Shown piece after piece: positions 36,856 through 46,129 of a DNA stretch of 63,939 bases. The notes below the pieces were generated by a model. The model was not told the DNA's origin. It ran no database searches and was given only the letters and a program-made list of their open reading frames with translations. A program made the translations under genes and the position numbers. Numbering within the stretch: the first letter of the stretch is position 1; each line of letters starts with the position of its first letter. This DNA comes from Pseudobdellovibrionaceae bacterium (GTDB lineage Bacteria > Bdellovibrionota > Bdellovibrionia > Bdellovibrionales > Bdellovibrionaceae), in NCBI GenBank assembly GCA_041288045.1, contig JBGGMM010000167.1, positions 1-63,939 of the forward strand, read 5' to 3'.

Positions 36856-39800
36856 ATGATTTCGCGAATGCGTATTCTTTTTTTCCTGCCTTTAGTCCTG
36901 CTCCTTGCCTGCAGTCCTAAAAAAAGTCCGCTGGAACTTTTCGGGGGAGAAGACACAGGGATCTTTAGCAATCGTCCTATCAAGCAGGACCAGTTCATTG
37001 CCATTGTGAAACTTTCCTCTCCAGCTTTGCTAACCACTGCACAGAAGCTTGAAGGTCGGACACAGATTGACGCTGAATTGGCTAAAAAAATCGAAGAAGA
37101 GCAAACAAAGACCATCGAGGATTTAAAATCTCTGTCTTCAGAGATCAGAGTTCTGTTTCGCTATCGTCTGGTTCTCAATGGTTTGGCCATCGTGGCACCA
37201 ATGTCTTTGCAGGAACAATTGAAATCCCGTTTGCACATTTCTTATGTCGAACGTGAGGGTCAGTTCGGCCGTCCGATCACAAGGGCTGTGGATCATAAAA
37301 ATTTGTTGAGATCCTTTTCATTGGCTGAAAAAAACTCTGTGAAATTCATCGGCAGTGAGACTGTTCATGCCGCTGGTATTCGCGGACAAGGAATGCGCGT
37401 TGGTGTGATCGACACTGGAATTGATTTCACACATTCCATGTTAGGCGGTGCTGGTACAAAAGAAGCTTATGAAGCTGTCAATCCAGCCAAACCAACAGAA
37501 GCTTTTCCAAATAGTAAAGTTGTCGGTGGGATTGATCTTTGTGGAACTGAATACGATTCAGCTTCTGGAAATTATCGTTTGCACTTGCCTGTCCCGGACG
37601 AAAATCCTTTGGATGAACAGGGTCATGGATCTCATGTGGCGGGAACAATTGCTGGAGTTGGCGATGGAGTTGAAACCTATTCGGGTGTCGCTCCTGAGGC
37701 TCTTCTTTATGCAGTTAAAGTTTTCGGGAAAGATGGTTCCACCGGGGATGCAGTGGTGATTGCAGCTCTTGAATACTCTGCCGACCCCAATCTGGATGGA
37801 CAGCCCGACGATCAGTTGGATGTGGTGAATTTATCTTTGGGAAGTTCTTATGGAAATCCCCACATTCTCTATGGCGAAGCAGTTGGCAACCTTTCAAATG
37901 GTGGAACTGTCGTTGTCGCCTCAGCTGGGAATTCTGGAAACAATGACTATATCGTTGGCGCACCCAGTGTGGCTAATGAGGCTATTTCTGTGGCCGCTTC
38001 GGTTGATGATATGGCTCACAACTGGCAGTTTTCGACTGTGAAGTTCGTCTCTAGTTTGGGCGAGCATGTGGTCGAGGCCATTGAAGGTCCTATTTCAAAG
38101 CCGCTCAAAGAAGCCGGTGATGTCTCAGGAAAGCTTGTGGCTGTGGGTCTGGCTGATCAGGATTTTTCTCCAGAATTAGCAGCCCAAGTGAAGGGGAATG
38201 TGGCTTTCATCGATCGAGGAATTGTCACTTTTGGTGAAAAAATCCGTCGGGCGTTCGAAGCAGGGGCCATCGGTGTTGTGATGGCGAACAACCAACCCAG
38301 TGCTCCGATTGCCATGGGTGGAGGCCCTGAAGACAAATTTGATATCCCTGCAGTGATGATTCCGCAAGATTTGGGAAACACTTTGCGTGAAGAGATCAAG
38401 CAGACAGACGTGGTCATTCACTTTCAAAATGCCGACAAAGTGGAGAAGCCAGAGCTGATTGACACTTTGACCGGATTCTCTTCGAAGGGTCCAAGATCGA
38501 TTGATGGTTTGTTGAAACCAGAGATTTCGGCTCCCGGAGCGAATATTATTTCGGCAGCTATGGGTGAAGGTAACAAAGGTGTTCAGATGTCTGGAACGTC
38601 TATGGCCGGTCCGCATGTAGCGGGTGTGATGGCATTGTTGAAGCAGGCTCGTCCTGATCTGAACTCTCAAGAGCTGAAATCCATTTTGATGGGTCGTGCA
38701 AAATCGATCGTTGATGAAACGAAAGTGAATTATTTGCTTTCCCGGCAGGGCGCCGGCCGAGTGCAAGTGGATGCCTCTGTGGCAGCCCAAGTTGTGGCTG
38801 ATAAAGTGGCCTTCTCTTTGGGTGAAGTAAATATTGAAATGCAAAAAATGGTGCGGGATTCTGTTCGAGTGCGCAACATCTCCAAAGAAACTCTGACTTT
38901 GAATGTGGAAATGTCAGAAGCGACAGGTTTGAAACTGGAAACTCCTCAGACTTTGACTCTGGTTGCTGGAGAATCCAAAGAATTGGCTCTGCAGTTCCGG
39001 TTGGATGTTTCGCAGTTGACTGAAAAATCAGGTGAGCTATCCGGACTTTTGAAGCTGACTGCCAATGGGACGGAAGTTCACCGGATTCCAGTTTTGGCAG
39101 TGGCGAAGAAAATTTCGCAGGTCGAAGCGCAAGCTTTGAAAGTGCATGCTGATTCGGCGGCTTCTGCAACAGGTGCTTTGGTGAAGCTGTCTTTGGCCAA
39201 CAAGGGTGTTCAGGATGGGTTGGCTTTGCCATTCAACCTTTTGGGAGTGGATGCGCGAAAAGAAAATGTGCATCATGATCCTTTTATGAGTCGTGCTTGT
39301 GATTTGCAGGCTGTTGGTTACCGCATTGTTGAGAAGACTGTGGGTGATCAGAAATTGAAAGTGCTTCAAATCGGCATGAAAGTTTTTGAACCGATGACGA
39401 CTTGGAATCTATGTGAGCTCTCTGTTTTGATTGATGCCGATGGTGATGAGAAACCAGAGCAAGAGCTGGCCGCAATTCAGTTGGGGAACGTCAAAGGACT
39501 TTCAACGGCTGTGAATGAAAATATGTTTGCCAGTGTTCTTTTGGATGCGACTGTCGCTCGGAAACTGCGCAGTGAATTTGAAGAGCGGGCGATTGTGGGG
39601 CCTGTGGATGGTCAGCCAGTGGCCGATGAAAACTATGCCGAAGCGGCTCTTGATCTTTTGCCTCTCATGACTTTCAACCGTTCGACTGTTCATTTGGTTG
39701 AAGCGGATGTGACCAAGCTGGCTCGTCGGGCGACTGGTGAGTTGCAAATCAAAGTTGCTGCTCTTTTCAATGATCCAAATGCTGTTGAAATGGATGACTT

Positions 39801-40035
39801 TTTGGCGAGCCAGGCAACTCAGTGGCAGCCTCTGTCATTGGAAGAAAAAAGCCAGGCATTTATGAATTTGCCCGAAGTTCTCGAAGTGAAAGCGGGTGCC
39901 AGTGTGACTGCTGATTTGGACAAGGGACAAGGCAAGGGGGATCTTTTGCTGCTTTTCCCTGACAATCGCACTGTGGTTTCAGATACTGAATCTGATGATC
40001 AGCTGCAGATTTTGAAACCTGTATTTGGCAATTAA
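36856..40035 (+). CDS. Large secreted subtilisin-family (S8) peptidase with a PA-domain insertion and a long C-terminal extension
   Basis: GVIDTGID (Asp), HGSHVAG (His), GTSMAGPHVAG (Ser). A PA-like segment lies between His and Ser. Lipobox LLLACS. Start set to ATG 36856 (GGAGG 5 nt upstream) rather than TTG 36844. Confidence 0.88.
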   Translation: MISRMRILFFLPLVLLLACSPKKSPLELFGGEDTGIFSNRPIKQDQFIAIVKLSSPALLTTAQKLEGRTQIDAELAKKIEEEQTKTIEDLKSLSSEIRVLFRYRLVLNGLAIVAPMSLQEQLKSRLHISYVEREGQFGRPITRAVDHKNLLRSFSLAEKNSVKFIGSETVHAAGIRGQGMRVGVIDTGIDFTHSMLGGAGTKEAYEAVNPAKPTEAFPNSKVVGGIDLCGTEYDSASGNYRLHLPVPDENPLDEQGHGSHVAGTIAGVGDGVETYSGVAPEALLYAVKVFGKDGSTGDAVVIAALEYSADPNLDGQPDDQLDVVNLSLGSSYGNPHILYGEAVGNLSNGGTVVVASAGNSGNNDYIVGAPSVANEAISVAASVDDMAHNWQFSTVKFVSSLGEHVVEAIEGPISKPLKEAGDVSGKLVAVGLADQDFSPELAAQVKGNVAFIDRGIVTFGEKIRRAFEAGAIGVVMANNQPSAPIAMGGGPEDKFDIPAVMIPQDLGNTLREEIKQTDVVIHFQNADKVEKPELIDTLTGFSSKGPRSIDGLLKPEISAPGANIISAAMGEGNKGVQMSGTSMAGPHVAGVMALLKQARPDLNSQELKSILMGRAKSIVDETKVNYLLSRQGAGRVQVDASVAAQVVADKVAFSLGEVNIEMQKMVRDSVRVRNISKETLTLNVEMSEATGLKLETPQTLTLVAGESKELALQFRLDVSQLTEKSGELSGLLKLTANGTEVHRIPVLAVAKKISQVEAQALKVHADSAASATGALVKLSLANKGVQDGLALPFNLLGVDARKENVHHDPFMSRACDLQAVGYRIVEKTVGDQKLKVLQIGMKVFEPMTTWNLCELSVLIDADGDEKPEQELAAIQLGNVKGLSTAVNENMFASVLLDATVARKLRSEFEERAIVGPVDGQPVADENYAEAALDLLPLMTFNRSTVHLVEADVTKLARRATGELQIKVAALFNDPNAVEMDDFLASQATQWQPLSLEEKSQAFMNLPEVLEVKAGASVTADLDKGQGKGDLLLLFPDNRTVVSDTESDDQLQILKPVFGN

Positions 40036-41117
40036 TTGACGGGTTTGGCCTCCCACTTCAGGCATTGGTCTGAAGTGGTGAGGGACTTATAGAAAATATC
40101 TGATTTTTCGTTTAAGACACTGACAAAGACCAATCCCTGACCATCGCTATTGGGTCGGGGAGAGTAAAGGTCGGTGTTGGTCTCAAAAAGATTTTGAATG
40201 CAATCACTGATCAGATCAAAACGATAAAATTGAAATTTCTTATTGAAGAGCTTGGCGTTGATGACCAGTTGGTGGTCGTTGAGCCAATTCAGTTCTTTGA
40301 ATTCACCCACTGGTAATTTGAGAGTTCTTTCGGGGCCATTTTGATATTTGATGGGTCCGACGACGATTTGGGATTCACCGTTGGGGAGACGCTCAATCCA
40401 TGCCGAGCGCTTGTTGTCAGGTGAAATGCGCAGGGATTCGATGGATCGATCTTTTCGATCCAGCATTTTCACTTGTTGATGGGATTGCAGATTCATCTGC
40501 CAAACTTCGAAGAGCTTGCCATTCCAAATCGAATACAAAAAGGATTCGGGGCGGTCATAACGGGGCCAGGGAGCGCCATCAAAGCCCTCTCTTTGGGTCA
40601 ATCTTTGAATTTGTGAGCCTGCCAAATCGCTGCTGTAAATTTCAGTCGGCGGCAGTGAAGTGGGACTGACATTTTTTTGAAATAGCAAGGGGCGCTCCTT
40701 CAATTCATCGGTTGAAGAAGCGTAGAGCACTTGTTGGCCATCTTTGGTGAGAACTGGATCTTTGCAGTCTCCATCTTGATAAGTGATTCTGCGCTCTTTC
40801 AATCTTTCCAAATCAAACAGATAGACCTGGCCTTGTTTGTGGCTGGGACGCTTGCGACTGATGTAGACAACTTTCTTCCCATCTTCGGAAAGAAAAGGGG
40901 AGTCATTGTCTCCGGTCTTGGTGATTTGGATTCCTAGAGCAGTGACATCCAATGCCGGTGCCACAGGATTCATGGTGATGGCTTCTTTGAGATTTTTAGG
41001 GACCGAGCTTTGATGACTGCACGACAGCAGCGCTCCTAAGAAGAGAGCACCTGTTGCAAAACTTTTTGCAATAAATTGGAGGGATTGATTTTTTTGATGT
41101 CCTTGATACGAACCCAT
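40032..41117 (-). CDS. TolB-like beta-propeller (PD40/WD40-like repeat) lipoprotein
   Basis: Lipobox LGALLSCS. Repeated PD40-like segments (SPFLSEDGKKVVYIS, DPVLTKDGQQVLYAS, RISPDNKRSAWIE, SPRPNSDGQGLVFVS). The 5' end overlaps the mutY 3' end by 82 nt. Confidence 0.7.
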   Translation of the reverse strand: MGSYQGHQKNQSLQFIAKSFATGALFLGALLSCSHQSSVPKNLKEAITMNPVAPALDVTALGIQITKTGDNDSPFLSEDGKKVVYISRKRPSHKQGQVYLFDLERLKERRITYQDGDCKDPVLTKDGQQVLYASSTDELKERPLLFQKNVSPTSLPPTEIYSSDLAGSQIQRLTQREGFDGAPWPRYDRPESFLYSIWNGKLFEVWQMNLQSHQQVKMLDRKDRSIESLRISPDNKRSAWIERLPNGESQIVVGPIKYQNGPERTLKLPVGEFKELNWLNDHQLVINAKLFNKKFQFYRFDLISDCIQNLFETNTDLYSPRPNSDGQGLVFVSVLNEKSDIFYKSLTTSDQCLKWEAKPVN

Positions 41118-42028
41118 TCCAACTCCTTCGCTTTTGATTTTATCGGAGACTTGGTCAGATTCTCAATCCGAATGTAAATGTCATGGTGAGTGATTCCGTG
41201 TTTGAGGTCAAAGGTCTTGGGCTTTTGATTTTGCTGACGGATAGTTCCAGGAAAAATCATTTGCCCTTTGAGAAATGGGGCATAATTGTTTTTGATTAAA
41301 GCGACTTGCTCGCCTTTTCGGTAAATCTCAGGAACCCAGACCCAGACTTCGGATTGTTTGCGCGGTTTTTTAAGCGGCAGTGCTTGAGTCAGGCCTTCGC
41401 GAAATGCGACGCAATTCGACTTCCAAGGGCAGAGAAGGCAAGTCGGATTTTGCGGAGTGCAGACCGTGGCTCCGAGCTCCATCAATCCTTGGTTCAGGAG
41501 ATGAGAGGGTCCAAGGCTTGCGATCTCATCGGCAGCGGTTTGCAATTGCGGTTTTGCTTTTTGGGTCCACCATTCCACTTGCCACCCATAGACGCGTGTG
41601 AGGACTCGGATGACATTGCCATCGAGAACTCCGACGGCTTCGTCAAATGCGAGGCTAGCGACTGCGCGAGAGGTGTAGGGTCCGAACCCTGGAAGCTCCA
41701 AAAGCTCTGTTGCGGTTTTTGGAAAGCCGGTGGCGGCGAGAGCTTGTGCGGATTTGTGCAGATTGCGGGCGCGACTGTAGTAACCAAGGCCCGCCCACAT
41801 TTCGTAAACGGCTTCCAGGGGAGCTTCGGCTAAACTTTCGACTGTTGGGAAGCGAGTCAGGAATCTTTCGTAGTATGGAATGACTGCGGCGACAGTCGTC
41901 TGCTGCAACATGACCTCGGAAATCCAAATTCGGTAAGGATTTCGATCCTGGCGCCAAGGCAGATCGCGATGATTCTCTTTGTACCAGGCGAGTAACGACT
42001 TGCTTAATGCAGTTGTGGTTGCTTTCAT
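41036..42028 (-). CDS. mutY: A/G-specific adenine DNA glycosylase
   Basis: LLAWY..NHRDLPWR, YRIWISEVMLQQT, a 4Fe-4S Cys cluster (C..NP.C..CP....C) and a NUDIX-like C-terminus. Start chosen at ATG 42028; TTG 42070 would overlap the speB start. Confidence 0.88.
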   Translation of the reverse strand: MKATTTALSKSLLAWYKENHRDLPWRQDRNPYRIWISEVMLQQTTVAAVIPYYERFLTRFPTVESLAEAPLEAVYEMWAGLGYYSRARNLHKSAQALAATGFPKTATELLELPGFGPYTSRAVASLAFDEAVGVLDGNVIRVLTRVYGWQVEWWTQKAKPQLQTAADEIASLGPSHLLNQGLMELGATVCTPQNPTCLLCPWKSNCVAFREGLTQALPLKKPRKQSEVWVWVPEIYRKGEQVALIKNNYAPFLKGQMIFPGTIRQQNQKPKTFDLKHGITHHDIYIRIENLTKSPIKSKAKELEWVRIKDIKKINPSNLLQKVLQQVLSS

Positions 42029-42059
42029 AGGGAGTGACCCGACCTTAACAGGAGCTTTT

Positions 42060-43016
42060 ATGCCCAGCAAGCCTCAAAATCAGAATGAATTTCAACCGAT
42101 GAGCGGCCGCGAATTCCCCCGCTTTTCCGGAATCAAAACTTTCTTTCGTTTGCCACTTGCCACAATCGATCAAAAATTTGATGTCGCGCTTTTCGGTGTT
42201 CCCTATGACGGCGGGGTTTCGTACCGACCGGGGCCGAGGTTTGCGCCTTCGAAAGTGCGTGAGGCTTCGAGCTTGGGACGGGGATTCCATTGGTCGCGGG
42301 GAGTGAATATTTTCAAGAAGCTCAAGATCGCCGATATCGGCGATTGCCCGACAGTGCCGATCGATCAAGCACAGACTTACGAGAAGATCGAAAAATTTGT
42401 AACGGAAGTCGCAAAATCAAAGAAGCGATTGATCTGGGTCGGCGGCGATCACTCAACAACTCTGCCAGCACTGAGAGCCCTTCACAAAGTCTACAAAAAG
42501 CCCTTGGCCTTTGTGCATTTCGACGCCCATCTCGACACCTATCCCGCAGCCTGGGGACAAGAATATCACCACGGAGCTTTCGCCAGACACGTCGTCGAAG
42601 AAGGCCTGGTCGATCCAAAGAAAATGCTCCAAATCGGAATCCGCGGCCCACTAACAGGCGGCGAAGATTTAGATTTCGTGAAAAAGCACAAGATCACGGT
42701 GAAAACCATCGATGATATTCGCGCGGGGACTTTGGATTCATTTCTAAAAACACTCCCAAAATTCGACAACACCCCAACCTACATCAGCTTCGACGTCGAT
42801 TGCTTAGACCCAGCCTACGCCCCAGGAACCGGAACCCCAGTCGTCGGCGGAATGACAACCTACGAAGCACAAAGAATCCTGCGCGCACTGAAAATCCCGA
42901 ATCTGGTTGGGGGAGACATTGTGGAAATCTCGCCACCTTTTGATCATGCGGATATCACTTCGCTTGTTGGAGTGGATGTGATGTTTGAGATGCTTTGCTT
43001 AATGGCTGAGGCTTGA
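42060..43016 (+). CDS. speB: Agmatinase (ureohydrolase family)
   Basis: GVPYDGG, GGDHS, HFDAHLD, SFDVDCLDPA Mn-binding motifs. Start trimmed to ATG 42060 (AGGAG upstream). Confidence 0.88.
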   Translation: MPSKPQNQNEFQPMSGREFPRFSGIKTFFRLPLATIDQKFDVALFGVPYDGGVSYRPGPRFAPSKVREASSLGRGFHWSRGVNIFKKLKIADIGDCPTVPIDQAQTYEKIEKFVTEVAKSKKRLIWVGGDHSTTLPALRALHKVYKKPLAFVHFDAHLDTYPAAWGQEYHHGAFARHVVEEGLVDPKKMLQIGIRGPLTGGEDLDFVKKHKITVKTIDDIRAGTLDSFLKTLPKFDNTPTYISFDVDCLDPAYAPGTGTPVVGGMTTYEAQRILRALKIPNLVGGDIVEISPPFDHADITSLVGVDVMFEMLCLMAEA

Positions 43017-43188
43017 AAAATCCGTCGGACTCAAGCTGCAGCTATTTTTTAAGACAGCCTTTCTGAGCGTCTGGTGGGTCAAAACCATTGGGTTCATTAA
43101 CAAGTCAGGTTACCCATTTAAAAATTGACTGAAAATTAGGACACTATTAGCGTCGACTGTAAAATATGAAATAGAGTTTGGGGGATTA

Positions 43189-44427
43189 ATGAATTCAATC
43201 GTGCGCAGTGTTGGTGTATTCTTATTTATATTATTAAGTGCAGATATCAGCAAAGCAGATATCTGCCAACGCTCAAAGCCTGTCGTTGTTCATTTTGAAA
43301 AATTGTTTAAGAAATCTTGTACAGAAATAACCTCTTCTGATCTTTCAACAATTACTGAAGGTTTAGGTTTTGGGGGGGCAGCTATTAAAGTTGGAGATCT
43401 AGATGGTTTGACAAATCTTTCACTACTTATTTTGTTTGATATGGATTTGGGTACGGTTTCACCAGAACTGTTTAGAGACTTGCAGAAATTAGGATCTTTA
43501 TCGCTTCGAGATATGAAATCGCTTGATTTACCAGATGGCGTTTTTAGTAAGCTAGTTGGTTTACAACAGTTGACGATCAGTAACAGCACATTAACACTTG
43601 GGCCCAAGGTATTTCATGAGCATCAAAATCTCCAAAGATTTACGCTTATGGAGTTAAAGCTTACACAATCTCTTCCTTCGCCTTTATTTTCTGATTGCCC
43701 AAGCTTAGAATCAGTATTCTTTGAAGGCCTAGAAGAATCCTCTGGCTTCATTACATTACCGGAACATCTTTTCGAAGAGTCAAATGAGTTGAAAAAGCTT
43801 GTCATTTCTAATACGGATCTTAATTCAGTTCCTCCCAATTTACTGAGAAATCTAGATAAACTTGAGCAGTTTTCTATCGGAGGAGGTTATGAAAAACTAT
43901 TCCTTCCTGTCGACTTTTTCTCGGGTCTTAATAAACTTGAAAGTATCCGTATGTGGTCTGTTGTTTTGAAATCTCAAAGCCTGCGGAGTCTTAATGGTCT
44001 TACCGTTTTTGAATGTTCGCATGGTTGTGACCTAAGTGATTTTCGAACGGGTGAGTTTTCAGATTTAAGTCAATTGCAGCACCTCAATCTGTCAGAAAAC
44101 GGGAAGTCTCATTATTTCGGCGCAGATTATTATAAAGGCAAAATGCCTCATCTCACTCCTGGATTCTTCCATGGGTTGGATAATCTTACATTCCTTGATT
44201 TAGGAACCGCAGATCTTAAATCTTTAAACCGAAATCAATTAGCTGGGTTACAAAATCTTAAGTCCTTAGTGTTAACTGATAATGGTTTATCTGATTTTCC
44301 CAAGGATATCTTTAAAGATCTACAAAAATTGAAATCCGTGTCTTTGCTGTGGAACCCTATCTCATCAGCGAAAATAAAAGTACTTCGCAGGGAATACCCA
44401 TCGGTAGAATTTCGCGGCGTAGATTAG
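43189..44427 (+). CDS. Secreted leucine-rich-repeat (LRR) protein, 'typical' animal-like LRR subtype
   Basis: Signal peptide. About 12 repeats of the 24-aa pattern LxxLxxLxLxxNxLxxhPxxhFxxL (e.g. FHGLDNLTFLDLGTADLKSLNRNQLAGLQNLKSLVLTDNGLSDFPKDIFKDLQKLKSVSLLWNPI). Cys-containing N-cap. Gene is ~35-40% GC on spot counts. Confidence 0.85.
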   Translation: MNSIVRSVGVFLFILLSADISKADICQRSKPVVVHFEKLFKKSCTEITSSDLSTITEGLGFGGAAIKVGDLDGLTNLSLLILFDMDLGTVSPELFRDLQKLGSLSLRDMKSLDLPDGVFSKLVGLQQLTISNSTLTLGPKVFHEHQNLQRFTLMELKLTQSLPSPLFSDCPSLESVFFEGLEESSGFITLPEHLFEESNELKKLVISNTDLNSVPPNLLRNLDKLEQFSIGGGYEKLFLPVDFFSGLNKLESIRMWSVVLKSQSLRSLNGLTVFECSHGCDLSDFRTGEFSDLSQLQHLNLSENGKSHYFGADYYKGKMPHLTPGFFHGLDNLTFLDLGTADLKSLNRNQLAGLQNLKSLVLTDNGLSDFPKDIFKDLQKLKSVSLLWNPISSAKIKVLRREYPSVEFRGVD

Positions 44428-44777
44428 TCTTTTGCAGTCAGCGGACAATTTAATCTGCCACTGAATTTAATCACTTGTTTCCAGATCATCGGCTGTTCAG
44501 GAATTCTAGAAAATTTAACAACGACGGCACCTGCCAAGTGCTTCCGTGAGTTGGTCTCTCCGAGGGTTTGTAGCCCGACCTTGGGCCGAGTCACTTTGAA
44601 CACGTTGGAGCTCCGATCGTCTATTTCAAAAGAGCTTTGGTCTTTATCAGAATGATTAGGCAGAGCAAAATCACTAAGAGAAAGGCCTTCATCAAATTCA
44701 AAATTCGCCGATAACGTAAATAGTTCGTTTTACGCACTCGGATTCTCCTTCCGTTTTTCGGAGAGAAGATTCCCTTA

Positions 44778-44809
44778 AAGCGGTTTTGGCAGGAGCCAAA
44801 CCGCTTTTT
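44778..44809. terminator. Intrinsic terminator hairpin between the LRR island and the cNMP-binding gene (bidirectional geometry)
   Basis: AAGCGGTTTTGGC / GCCAAACCGCTT stem (about 12 bp with one bulge) and AGGA loop. T5 follows on the + strand. On the - strand it lies 30 nt downstream of the 44838 stop, with a short U-tract. Confidence 0.6.
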
Positions 44810-44837
44810 GCATTTCTGGGGCCATTTTGATTTTTAA

Positions 44838-45992
44838 TTAAGCCGCGAGCTTAAACCCACACTCTGAACAGAACTTGGCTTGTGCAGGAATCGCAGCGCT
44901 ACACTGAGGGCAGGCGGGGCCGTCGGATTTCTTTTTTGCTTTTTGTTCTTCTTCGGTCATGTCGACGAAACCTTTTTCGTTCCACTTGTCGATTTCTTTC
45001 ATGACTTTCCAGATTTTTTGCGTGGTTTTGAATTCTTTCAATTCGAATTGCAGGACGACGGTGCCGTCTTGTCTTGCTTGGCGTTTGCAGAAAATGCCTT
45101 TTTGTTCCAAGCGGGCGAAATGGTCTGAGTTGAGGTTGATACCCCAGTCTTGTTTGAAGCGATCGAGGACTTTTTGGAAATCCAATGTGACTGTGCCGAA
45201 ACGGTCGGGTTCGATGCCGTCAGTGACAGTGATCAGGTTGTTGAGAAGGTTGGAACAGGATTCATCGACTTTGAGGACTTCGGATTTGGCTCCGCCTTTG
45301 AAATAGTAGTACTGATAGAATTCAAAGAAAGACTCAATGGCTGATAGATCAAGGATGTTGACCTTCATGATCTGCTCGGGTCCTTCTGGATCTTCTGGTG
45401 GACGACCCATTTCAAAATTGGCGAGCTTGAGTTTGACGAGCAGGCAGAGAGCTTGCTCGAGGCGCTTTGGTGATTCTGCGAACACTCGCTGTGAGTACTG
45501 TTTGTAAGTGGTCCACTCAACAGTGACCTGATTGGGATCCTTTTCATTCTTCGTGCCCTTATGGCGAGCGGTGTGGAAGGCGACGCCGAAAATTTTTGCC
45601 ACTTGGTCCTCGGGGCAGGGGCTTGCGTCTTTTTCCATTTTGCTTGTCTTCACATCGCTGGAAAGACTTTTCACTCGGTCAATGAGGGATTTCACCAGCA
45701 CTTTGATCATTTGCGGTGAGCCTTCGACCACTTGCTTGAAAGCTTCCACCGGGATTTCCACAACTTTCGTTTCTTGTGTCGCCACAGCTGAGAAAGTGTG
45801 AGTCGTAGCGCCTGAAATCGCTTGTTCACCAAGAACCTGTGAAGTTCCCAGAGTCAGAAGATCAATGTTCTTTTTAGGGCGAGAAATACAAACGGAAACG
45901 GCACCAGCTTGAATCAACTGGATGTTTTGGATTTTTTCGCCTTCTTTGAAAAGGAACTCGCCTTTTTTAACAACTTTGGCTGGAGATGACAT
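44838..45992 (-). CDS. Cyclic-nucleotide-binding-domain protein with a C-terminal zinc ribbon
   Basis: N-terminal cNMP-binding-like fold (GEFLFKEGEKIQNIQLIQAGAVSV...LGE.AI). Middle domain of about 200 aa is unassigned. C-terminus is CPQCSAAIPAQAKFCSECG. Confidence 0.65.
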   Translation of the reverse strand: MSSPAKVVKKGEFLFKEGEKIQNIQLIQAGAVSVCISRPKKNIDLLTLGTSQVLGEQAISGATTHTFSAVATQETKVVEIPVEAFKQVVEGSPQMIKVLVKSLIDRVKSLSSDVKTSKMEKDASPCPEDQVAKIFGVAFHTARHKGTKNEKDPNQVTVEWTTYKQYSQRVFAESPKRLEQALCLLVKLKLANFEMGRPPEDPEGPEQIMKVNILDLSAIESFFEFYQYYYFKGGAKSEVLKVDESCSNLLNNLITVTDGIEPDRFGTVTLDFQKVLDRFKQDWGINLNSDHFARLEQKGIFCKRQARQDGTVVLQFELKEFKTTQKIWKVMKEIDKWNEKGFVDMTEEEQKAKKKSDGPACPQCSAAIPAQAKFCSECGFKLAA

Positions 45993-46075
45993 TGAATTTC
46001 CTCCTGATTTGGACTTTTTAGGTATCGGTCACTTTCTTAGGAAAGATGAGGAATCTTCTGTCTCAATTAGGGAAA

Positions 46076-46103
46076 ATAAAAAACCTGGCTTTTCGGGCCA
46101 GGT
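46076..46103 (-). terminator. Rho-independent terminator downstream of the NtrC-type regulator gene
   Basis: ACCTGGC (46083-46089) pairs with GCCAGGT (46097-46103). On the - strand a U-tract follows (complement of AAAAA at 46078-46082). It lies 27 nt after the stop at 46130. Confidence 0.7.
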
Positions 46104-46129
46104 CTTTTGAATTTTCAGATTTTGTTTTT

